From Candidatus Methanophagales archaeon (GTDB lineage Archaea > Halobacteriota > Syntropharchaeia > Alkanophagales > Methanospirareceae), in the NCBI GenBank assembly GCA_014859735.1, contig JACUTR010000003.1, positions 1 through 42,757 on the forward strand: 42,757 nt of DNA, read 5' to 3'. The first letter of the stretch is position 1; each line of letters starts with the position of its first letter. The notes below the pieces were generated by a model. The model had not been told where the DNA came from. It was given only the letters and a program-made list of their open reading frames with translations, and did not search any database. The translations under genes were made by a program, and so were the position numbers. Shown one piece after another: positions 28,755 through 36,388 of this stretch.

Positions 28755-30107
28755 ATGGTAAAAGATGATGAAATGTCTAAATTACCTATTTTTATTATAA
28801 CCGAAACCGAACCTACGCCGCTTCTACGTGATTTTGCCACATTTACACAATACTTAAGAACACATCACATTGTCTTAACCCGGGTCAATGAGTTCATATC
28901 CGGAAGAGACGTATATGAAGTAAACCAAGAGATAACTCGTCCTTTCCCCGATACTACTCCACGAACCGACCAGACTTTGTATCCACTTTTGCATCTCTTT
29001 TACCACCTCGTTTTAGCGGGGAAATTGTTCCAAAAAGTTACTGGAAAAGGCAGTAGATTAGTTTTGAAACCCACTGGGCGTCTTCGGACATACGAGGAAC
29101 TGAAGCTTACAGAAAGATATTTCTTCCTGCTGGAGACTTTCTGGGTAGACGCGGACTGGGAAAAACTCCAGGTAGAATACCTTTTGCATTCATTTTTGTA
29201 TACCGTTCCTAAGGTTTTGGAATATCTGGGTGAGCAGCAGCCAGGGGAAAGAATTCAACTAAAAGGTGCTTCTGATATGGCTCGGATGTTTTTGGATTGG
29301 AACTACTTTTTGCTCTATTTTTCCTACTTCGGCTTCTGGGAGGTAACCCGAGATACCGATTTAGCCGCCCGGGATTGGCCCAAACGTTTTTTCAGAGCAG
29401 AATCAATAACACCTTCTACTTTTGGGGTGACTTTGGCCAGGGTCTTACGTGAAACAAGGGATTTATTTTACTGGAATTTACCAAATCGTCGTAAACACGG
29501 CGAGTGGGAAGCTATACCGGGATCTCCGTTCCCAGGCGAAGACTCACCCACCCTTTTTGAGCTCGAACCGAAGCGCAAAAGGTCAAAAGCCGCCATCAAA
29601 GAAGATAAAGGAAAACCCGGCGACCCTTTCATCCTGCCCTTTGTTCCATTTTTTGCCGAGGGAGAATTGCAAAAAACGCTTCCCCGTGAAGGAGTAAAAT
29701 TTGTGGACGGAACCTATATCTTTAAAGTGGCTTTGGCTAAAGACCGTTGGCGGCGAATTGAGATATCCGCAGACCATACCTTGTTTGACCTTCATCGTGC
29801 TATCCAGAAAGCCTATAATTTCGATGATGACCATCTTTATTCCTTTTTTATGGACGGCAAACCATGGTCGCATGAACGATTTACATCACCGTATGAAGAT
29901 GAAGGTCCATGGGTAGATGATGTTCGTATCGGCGAGTTAGGGCTATTTGTAGGGCAGAACATCCTTTATCTCTTTGATTACGGTGATGAATGGCATTTTC
30001 GAGTCGATTTGGAAGAGATACGGACAGAAGGGCGTAAACCCAGTAAGCCTACAATCATTGAAAAGAAGGGAAAGGCTCCAGAACAATATGGATATTATGA
30101 GGAATGA
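28755..30107 (+). CDS. pRiA4b ORF-3 family protein
   Basis: C-terminal WRRIEI..DHTL.DLH.AIQ.A..FDDDHLYSF ... YLFDYGDEWHF. Confidence 0.85.
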   Translation: MVKDDEMSKLPIFIITETEPTPLLRDFATFTQYLRTHHIVLTRVNEFISGRDVYEVNQEITRPFPDTTPRTDQTLYPLLHLFYHLVLAGKLFQKVTGKGSRLVLKPTGRLRTYEELKLTERYFFLLETFWVDADWEKLQVEYLLHSFLYTVPKVLEYLGEQQPGERIQLKGASDMARMFLDWNYFLLYFSYFGFWEVTRDTDLAARDWPKRFFRAESITPSTFGVTLARVLRETRDLFYWNLPNRRKHGEWEAIPGSPFPGEDSPTLFELEPKRKRSKAAIKEDKGKPGDPFILPFVPFFAEGELQKTLPREGVKFVDGTYIFKVALAKDRWRRIEISADHTLFDLHRAIQKAYNFDDDHLYSFFMDGKPWSHERFTSPYEDEGPWVDDVRIGELGLFVGQNILYLFDYGDEWHFRVDLEEIRTEGRKPSKPTIIEKKGKAPEQYGYYEE

Positions 30108-30159
30108 TATTTTGATTTCCCGTGCATAAGACTATTTTAAAAGAGGACGCGGCAGGAAA

Positions 30160-31176
30160 ATGAAAGATATTGTATCCGGTTGGATTGAGCTTTCGGGATT
30201 GCCAAAGTTCACGACCTCGCTATTCCCCTTCATTTTGGGATCAGTTGTAGCATGGGTTGAGGGATATGCCTTTAACGGCCCTGTGCTCGCAATCTCATTG
30301 CTTGCGGTGTTTCTGCTCTCAGAGTTCTGCTTCGTGCTCAATGCGAGCAGTATATACGCCGATTTGAATAAAAAAGGGATTGATGTTGGTAGGGTAGAAG
30401 GAACGAGCACGCTCCATTCCACAGCAATCAGCGGGAGGTTTAATGCATTCGTTAAAGGGCATATAACGGTGAAGCAGGCGGATATCGGTGCTTATCTCTG
30501 TGTTGTGGCTGCAATACCCCTCGGCGTGCTCTTACAGGTCCATTTCAAGACCGGTTATCTCACCTTGCCACTCGGTCTCCTTGGCATCTTCATCGCGTAC
30601 TCATATTCGCGTGGACCGCGGCTCTCGTACCATGGATTGGGTGAAATAGCGCTCACTACCGGAGTGGGGTGGCTGACGGTCTTCAGCGGTTATTATTTAC
30701 AAACGCAGCAGGTGAGCTGGCTTCCGACGATTGTCGCTCTTCCCTGGGTGATCGATGTCTTCAAGCTGAAATTAACGCGGAATATCCCGGATTTCGAATG
30801 CGACCAGATGATAAACCGCAGGAATCTGGCAGTTCGACTGGGTAAGCGCGTGACTGCCAGTCTTTATGCACCGTTGACCATCTGCGCATGGCTCGCATTC
30901 ATCCCCCTTCTGGTCCTCGACCTCGGCGTCCCGTACATTTTTTTCGTGCTGTTAGCCTTCCCGATCTTCTTCACGGCAAAGAGTTTGATGTTAATACAAA
31001 CTTTTAAGAAAAGTTTGATCAAAACTGGAAGCGAAGAGGATACTAAGGCTTTTAAGAAAAGTTTGACTAAGGAACAAATCGGTAGGATAACCAAATATGC
31101 CTTCTCGGGCATGATACTGATTCCGGTAGCACTCATTCTGATTTTTGTTCTCACACTTGTGTTACCGCCCCTGTGA
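30160..31176 (+). CDS. UbiA-superfamily prenyltransferase, MenA-like
   Basis: Multi-TM; YS..P.LSYHGLGE, NIPDFECD...RRNLAVRLG. Confidence 0.8.
   Translation: MKDIVSGWIELSGLPKFTTSLFPFILGSVVAWVEGYAFNGPVLAISLLAVFLLSEFCFVLNASSIYADLNKKGIDVGRVEGTSTLHSTAISGRFNAFVKGHITVKQADIGAYLCVVAAIPLGVLLQVHFKTGYLTLPLGLLGIFIAYSYSRGPRLSYHGLGEIALTTGVGWLTVFSGYYLQTQQVSWLPTIVALPWVIDVFKLKLTRNIPDFECDQMINRRNLAVRLGKRVTASLYAPLTICAWLAFIPLLVLDLGVPYIFFVLLAFPIFFTAKSLMLIQTFKKSLIKTGSEEDTKAFKKSLTKEQIGRITKYAFSGMILIPVALILIFVLTLVLPPL
30997..31070. repeat. Two AT-rich palindromic elements inside the UbiA gene
   Basis: caaactttt-aag-aaaagtttg-atcaaaa (30997-31024) and aaggcttttaagaaaagtttgactaa (31045-31070), read as QTFKKSLIK and KAFKKSLTK. 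Confidence 0.85.
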
Positions 31177-31215
31177 CACCACGGTGAAATAGCGAGGCAA
31201 AAAGAGCTGGAGCTA

Positions 31216-32394
31216 TCAGAATCTCTTCATATAGCGATGCTCGACGAACTTCTTTAACCGGTATGCAAAGACCTTAAACACCATTCCACCGAAATACAGC
31301 ACTGCTTTGTCATCACCGAGCGATATAAGAGCTTTTGGGTTCTGTATCGTATTCTTTGGCCTGTATCTCTTCAATTTCTCCCCTTTCATTGTATATAAAG
31401 AATAATATTTCTTTGGTAAAGCGTTCTTTTTGAAAGAAAGGTTTTTTATCGTTCTTATTATATTCTCCGCCGCTGCTCTACCCTGCCCTTCCGCCTCCTC
31501 GACATTCTGGCCGGCACGAACACCCTCGCGCTCGAAGTAGACGGTATCCCCGACTGCAAATACATCATCCATACCCTCTACACGGAGATAAGAGTCCACT
31601 TTGAGCCATCCCTTCACCTTTGGCAGATCGAGTATCTCAAGAAGACGGTTGGGTTTTATCCCTGCCGTCCAGATAATAATATTGTAGGGCAGTTTCTTTC
31701 CATCTTTGAATGTAATCTCCCCCTCGCTCACTTCTTGCACTGCTGTTTCCGTCAATATCTCAACACCGCTATCAGAAAGGAATTTACGTACATAGATGGC
31801 TACGTTCTCTTTTGGAAGAGCAGGCAATATCCGCGGCATCATCTCGACAAGCGATATTCTTGCGCGAGCTCCCCTATCCTTGAAATAGTCAACCAATTCA
31901 CCGGCAACCTCTATCCCGGTCAATCCGGCACCGATAACCGCAATGCTGCTCTCCTTTGAGTAATCAAGCGTATCAAGCGCATTCTTTGTCTCAATCGCAC
32001 CGTTCATGGTATTAACCGTGTATGACCGCTTTTCTGCGCCGGGTATTCCGAAGAATGTCTGTTCAGCACCGATGGCGATCACGAGAAAATCGTACGGTAT
32101 ATCCCGCGCGTCATCTTCGGCGGTTGCTTTAGTCTTCACCTTTTTAGCCTTAACATCAATATTTACAACCTCCGCCTGTATGAATCCCGCACCGAGTTTC
32201 GTTGCGAATTTCTTTAAATCGTGGGATATCGCTTCGGGTGTAACTTTTCCACTCAAGAGCTCGGGATATGCCGGCGGGTAATCAAATTGTGGTGTGTGAT
32301 CAATCATAGTAATATCGAGCTCTTTTGCCTCTTTTCGGAGCGTGCGTGCAACTTCCACGCCACCGAATCCACAGCCCAGCACAACAACGTTCAT
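31216..32394 (-). CDS. NAD(P)/FAD-dependent oxidoreductase, NDH-2-like
   Basis: VVLGCGFGG, YDFLVIAIG, GAGLTGIEVAGE, IWTAG, VFAVGD. Confidence 0.88.
   Translation of the reverse strand: MNVVVLGCGFGGVEVARTLRKEAKELDITMIDHTPQFDYPPAYPELLSGKVTPEAISHDLKKFATKLGAGFIQAEVVNIDVKAKKVKTKATAEDDARDIPYDFLVIAIGAEQTFFGIPGAEKRSYTVNTMNGAIETKNALDTLDYSKESSIAVIGAGLTGIEVAGELVDYFKDRGARARISLVEMMPRILPALPKENVAIYVRKFLSDSGVEILTETAVQEVSEGEITFKDGKKLPYNIIIWTAGIKPNRLLEILDLPKVKGWLKVDSYLRVEGMDDVFAVGDTVYFEREGVRAGQNVEEAEGQGRAAAENIIRTIKNLSFKKNALPKKYYSLYTMKGEKLKRYRPKNTIQNPKALISLGDDKAVLYFGGMVFKVFAYRLKKFVEHRYMKRF
31408..31444. repeat. AT-rich palindromic element, in frame inside the NDH-2-like gene
   Basis: tttctttggtaaagcgttctttttgaaagaaaggttt; differs from 33608-33643 by one base. 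Confidence 0.9.
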
Positions 32395-32476
32395 GGTAAG
32401 TAAAACAATATCAGCGTCTACCTATCTATCTCTATGTAATGTAAAAAAACCTTTTCTAACAGATTTGCATCACTCC

Positions 32477-33580
32477 ATGAGGATGACCATCGAAGAGGAG
32501 ATCAAGAACATAGAGGATGAGCTCAGGGAAACACCATATAACAAGGCAACCCAGCACCACATCGGACGGCTCAAAGCGAAACTCGCCCGGCTCAAGGATG
32601 AGCTGCAAAAACAAGCAACAGCAAAATCCGCGGGCAAACGGGAAGGATATGCGGTAAAAAAATCAGGGGATGCTACCATCATAATGGTGGGATTTCCATC
32701 GGTCGGTAAATCAACGCTGCTCAACTGCCTCACGGGCACCACTGCTGAGGTTGCGGCTTATGATTTCACCACGCTTGAAGTGATTCCCGGTACGCTCCGG
32801 TATAAAGGTGCACGACTGCAATTTCTTGATGTCCCGGGGCTTATTCAGGGTGCAGCGGCAGGACGGGGGCATGGCAAGGAGGTATTATCAGTGATGCGAA
32901 ACGCTGACTTGATCCTTATCCTCGTCGATGTCCTTCAACCGCAGCAGTACGATACACTGGTAAAGGAGTTATATGATGCGGGCATTCGAATTAATACCAA
33001 ACCTCCTGAGGTGGGCATTCATAAAGCAAGTAGAGGAGGAATTACCATAGACCGCACCGTTGATCTCGATCTTGATGACAAAATGATCAAAGCGGTGTTA
33101 GCAGAATACAAAATACACAACGCGGAGGTTCTGATACGAGAACGCATCACACTCGATGAGCTTATTGATGCAGTTATGGGAAACCGGAAATACATCCGTG
33201 CACTCACCGTCATAAACAAGATAGATCTGGTGGATTCTGAAGGGCTTCGGAGATGCATGGAGCGATTTCCTGACGCAGTTCCAATCTCTGCCACTGTCGG
33301 CATAAACATTGGTGCACTGAGAGAAAGGATCTACAATGGGCTCGAATTCATGTGCATCTATATGAAGCCGCGGGGTGCGTCACCGGATATGGATAATCCA
33401 CTGGTTATCAAACGGGATTCTACGGTTGCTGATGTCTGTTCGACCATTCATCGTGACTTCATTGAGAAGTTCCGATACGCACGCATCTGGGGCAAGTCCG
33501 TGAAATATGGTGGCCAGCGTGTCGGTCTTTCGCATGTGCTTGCGGACGGAGATGTGGTGAGCATCGTGGCACGGAAATAA
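32477..33580 (+). CDS. DRG/Rbg-family GTPase with TGS domain
   Basis: TPYNKATQHHIGRLKAKLA, GFPSVGKS, FTTL, DVPG, NKID, C-terminal TGS (H.L.DGDVV). Start is 32477 or 32483. Confidence 0.93.
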   Translation: MRMTIEEEIKNIEDELRETPYNKATQHHIGRLKAKLARLKDELQKQATAKSAGKREGYAVKKSGDATIIMVGFPSVGKSTLLNCLTGTTAEVAAYDFTTLEVIPGTLRYKGARLQFLDVPGLIQGAAAGRGHGKEVLSVMRNADLILILVDVLQPQQYDTLVKELYDAGIRINTKPPEVGIHKASRGGITIDRTVDLDLDDKMIKAVLAEYKIHNAEVLIRERITLDELIDAVMGNRKYIRALTVINKIDLVDSEGLRRCMERFPDAVPISATVGINIGALRERIYNGLEFMCIYMKPRGASPDMDNPLVIKRDSTVADVCSTIHRDFIEKFRYARIWGKSVKYGGQRVGLSHVLADGDVVSIVARK

Positions 33581-33607
33581 ACATTTTCCAAATCCCAATT
33601 AAATAAG

Positions 33608-33643
33608 TTTCTTTGGTAAAGCGTTCTTTTTAAAGAAAGGTTT
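33608..33643. repeat. AT-rich palindromic element, intergenic copy abutting a TATA-like box upstream of dapB
   Basis: tttctttggtaaagcgttctttttaaagaaaggttt followed by acttataaata. Confidence 0.9.
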
Positions 33644-33675
33644 ACTTATAAATATGCACGAGCAATAGATTAACC

Positions 33676-34494
33676 ATGGCAATAAAAGTGGCGGTAGCAG
33701 GCGCACGGGGGAGAATGGGCAGTCAGGTGGTGAGAGGCGTCTTAGAGAACGATAAGATGAAGTTGGTGGCGGGTTTTGACCCAACTGGTGTGGGTGAAGA
33801 GCTCGCACCGGGAATAAAGATATCAAGCCCTGCAGAGATGGAGAACGTGTTAAAGCTGGCTAAGCCTGATGTATTTGTGGATTTCACCAATGCAGCGGCA
33901 GCAGTTGGAAATGTTAAAGTCGCCGCGCGAAACAACGTAAAGCTCGTGGTTGGCACGACGGGATTTTCAGCAGAGCAGTTCACAGAGCTGGAAAAGGTTA
34001 TAAAAGATAACGTACCTGCTATTATATCCCCGAACTTCTCTATTGGTGTGAACGTCTTTTGGAACTTGATTGCTGAAGCGGCACGACAGCTCCAAACATA
34101 TCAGTATCATGTGGAGATCATAGAGCTGCATCACTCGCATAAAAAGGATGCGCCGAGTGGCACGGCAGTTAAAGCTGCGGGAATTATCTCTAAGTACATC
34201 GGTGCAGGTGCAGAGGGAGGAGGAAGAACAACAATCCTCTATGGCAGGCAGGGCATAACCGGCGAGAGGACGGATGAGGAGATAGGAATCCATGCAGTGC
34301 GCGCTGGGGACATCGTTGGCGACCATACCGTTTTATATGCGGGCAAAGGAGAACGCTTGGAGATAATACATCGTGCGCATAGCCGAGAAGCGTTCGCACA
34401 GGGTGCACTAAAAGCCATTGAATGGATTAGTGAGAAAGAAAGAAGCGGGATATATTCAATGGATGAGATGATGCGGGAGCTGGGACAGGAGTAG
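33676..34494 (+). CDS. dapB: 4-hydroxy-tetrahydrodipicolinate reductase
   Basis: GARGRMG, VDFT, VGTTG, PNFSIGVN, ELHHSHKKDAPSGTA, R.GDIVGDH. Confidence 0.96.
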   Translation: MAIKVAVAGARGRMGSQVVRGVLENDKMKLVAGFDPTGVGEELAPGIKISSPAEMENVLKLAKPDVFVDFTNAAAAVGNVKVAARNNVKLVVGTTGFSAEQFTELEKVIKDNVPAIISPNFSIGVNVFWNLIAEAARQLQTYQYHVEIIELHHSHKKDAPSGTAVKAAGIISKYIGAGAEGGGRTTILYGRQGITGERTDEEIGIHAVRAGDIVGDHTVLYAGKGERLEIIHRAHSREAFAQGALKAIEWISEKERSGIYSMDEMMRELGQE

Positions 34495-34543
34495 GATTGC
34501 CCTAAAAGCTTTGGTTGTTTGTGATTGTAACCCGGGAGTAGAA

Positions 34544-35569
34544 ATGAGTGAAGATAGAAAGGTGAAGGATTTACGGGTAGGTAACACCGTTGAGACAACT
34601 TTTCTGGCGATGGAGAAGGAATTAAAGGAATTCATCACGAAGGAAGGTTACTATCTCCAGGTGAAATTGGGTGATAGCACGGGCAGTATATGGGCGAAGT
34701 GCTGGGAGAAAGCTGAGGACGTGGCAGCTCGATTTGAACCCGGAGACGTCGTCCGGATAAAAGGTGTGGTAGACTCCTTTAGAGGTCGCTTACAGCTCAT
34801 CATCGAGCCAGATGGAGTTGAACGAGTCACGGAAACCTACGATATCGCGGAGTATATGCCGAGGACGTCGAAAGATATCGACTTGTTAGTTGGTGAGTTC
34901 GTAAAAATGACGGAGAGTCTGGAGAATGGTTATTTAAAGCGCGTGGTTTTTTCCTTCCTCAATGACCCCACTTTTCTCAATTCCTTTAAAAAGGTACCCG
35001 CTGCTAAAATACACCACCATAATTATATCGGCGGGCTGATCGAGCATACTCACTCGGTTATGGCGCTCTGCGAAACTATCGCACGGCTCTACCCCGAACT
35101 TGACCGTGATTTGCTGCTTGCCGGTGCCATTCTGCACGATGCAGGAAAGATAGCTACGTATGAATATGCATTTCGAATAGACGTCACCGAAGAAGGGGGC
35201 CTTGTAGACCATATCGTGTTGGGGTATCGACTGGTGGAAGATAAGATAAAAGGGATAGAAGGTTTCCCAGCGGAACTGGGACTACGATTGCTCCATCTCA
35301 TCTTGAGCCATCATAATTACGGTGAATGGGGCTCCCCGGTGAAGCCCTTGTTCGCAGAAGCGGAGGCGTTGTGTTATGCGGATCTGCTCGATTCGCAGCT
35401 CAAGGAATTTTTGCAGATCCAGAAGCATGAGGAGGCGAAAGGAAAGGAGGGGGTATGGAGTGATTTTGTCAGGAGATTAGACCGGTTCTTGTATCTGGGT
35501 AGAGAGAAAGGAAAAGGTTATTCTAACGAAAAAGAGAAGAAAGAAGAATATGGATATACGCACCGATAG
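34544..35569 (+). CDS. OB-fold plus HD-domain 3'-5' exonuclease, YhaM/Cbf1-like
   Basis: LGDSTGSI.AK.W, PAAK.HHHNY.GGL.EH, LHDAGK, ILSHH..GEWGSPV.P. Confidence 0.88.
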   Translation: MSEDRKVKDLRVGNTVETTFLAMEKELKEFITKEGYYLQVKLGDSTGSIWAKCWEKAEDVAARFEPGDVVRIKGVVDSFRGRLQLIIEPDGVERVTETYDIAEYMPRTSKDIDLLVGEFVKMTESLENGYLKRVVFSFLNDPTFLNSFKKVPAAKIHHHNYIGGLIEHTHSVMALCETIARLYPELDRDLLLAGAILHDAGKIATYEYAFRIDVTEEGGLVDHIVLGYRLVEDKIKGIEGFPAELGLRLLHLILSHHNYGEWGSPVKPLFAEAEALCYADLLDSQLKEFLQIQKHEEAKGKEGVWSDFVRRLDRFLYLGREKGKGYSNEKEKKEEYGYTHR

Positions 35570-36371
35570 CCCGAGTATTTTACGACTCATAAAACTACCT
35601 GATTTGCTCTCTGTCCTCAATGCGTTACTCGGCTTCTCAGCCATTTTATTGGTGCTTGGCGGCGTCAGTGTCACCGAACGAGCACTTAAAAATGCACTTG
35701 TACTGATCTTACTCGCGGCAGTTGTTGATGGATTGGATGGTATGGTGGCGAGAACTATAGAGTGTTCCCCTTTAGGCGTATATCTCGATTCTCTTGCCGA
35801 TATGCTCTCCTTTGGCGTCGCCCCGGCAATCGTTGTCTATGTACTTATTACGGATTATTCAGCGGTGAGCGCTCCGCATGGTGATGTTGTATTGGCACTC
35901 TGCGGTGCGTATGTAATAAGTGGGATGTTAAGGCTCGCGCGGTTCAACGCAAACCTTTTCTTAGAAAGAAAAGCTTTACCAAAAGAAGAAACCAATTCTT
36001 CTTTTAGCACAGGTTCTCTTGTGGAAAAAGAAAGAGTGACAAATACCGATTTCATCGGATTCCCTATTACGGGAGCTGCGACTTTTTTAGCTTCATTCGT
36101 GCTCCTGGCTATCGAGTTAGAAGTTCCACCCTATTCAAGCGCATCCCTTCTGATTGCTTTAATGGGCATATTATGCTTTTTGATGACCAGCAGAATAAGG
36201 TATAGGAGTATAAGGGATAAACGACTAGTACTACCCGTGGGGATCGTGTTTCTCACGTTCTTCTTCTTCTCTATCCTCGCTTTGCAGTTCATTTACCTCG
36301 CACTCGCGGTGGTAGCAGTAACCACAGTTTATATGTGCAGTCCTTTATTATATCTAGATAAACGTACATAA
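35550..36371 (+). CDS. pssA: Archaetidylserine (CDP-alcohol phosphatidyltransferase) synthase
   Basis: DGLDGMVAR..G..LDSLAD..SFGVAPA, LRLARFN, FIGFP. Confidence 0.9.
   Translation: MDIRTDSPSILRLIKLPDLLSVLNALLGFSAILLVLGGVSVTERALKNALVLILLAAVVDGLDGMVARTIECSPLGVYLDSLADMLSFGVAPAIVVYVLITDYSAVSAPHGDVVLALCGAYVISGMLRLARFNANLFLERKALPKEETNSSFSTGSLVEKERVTNTDFIGFPITGAATFLASFVLLAIELEVPPYSSASLLIALMGILCFLMTSRIRYRSIRDKRLVLPVGIVFLTFFFFSILALQFIYLALAVVAVTTVYMCSPLLYLDKRT
35951..35987. repeat. AT-rich palindromic element (inverted copy), in frame inside pssA
   Basis: aaaccttttcttagaaagaaaagctttaccaaaagaa; its reverse complement matches 31408-31444; read as NLFLERKALPKE. Confidence 0.8.
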
Positions 36372-36388
36372 ACCTAAGTTCGATATGT

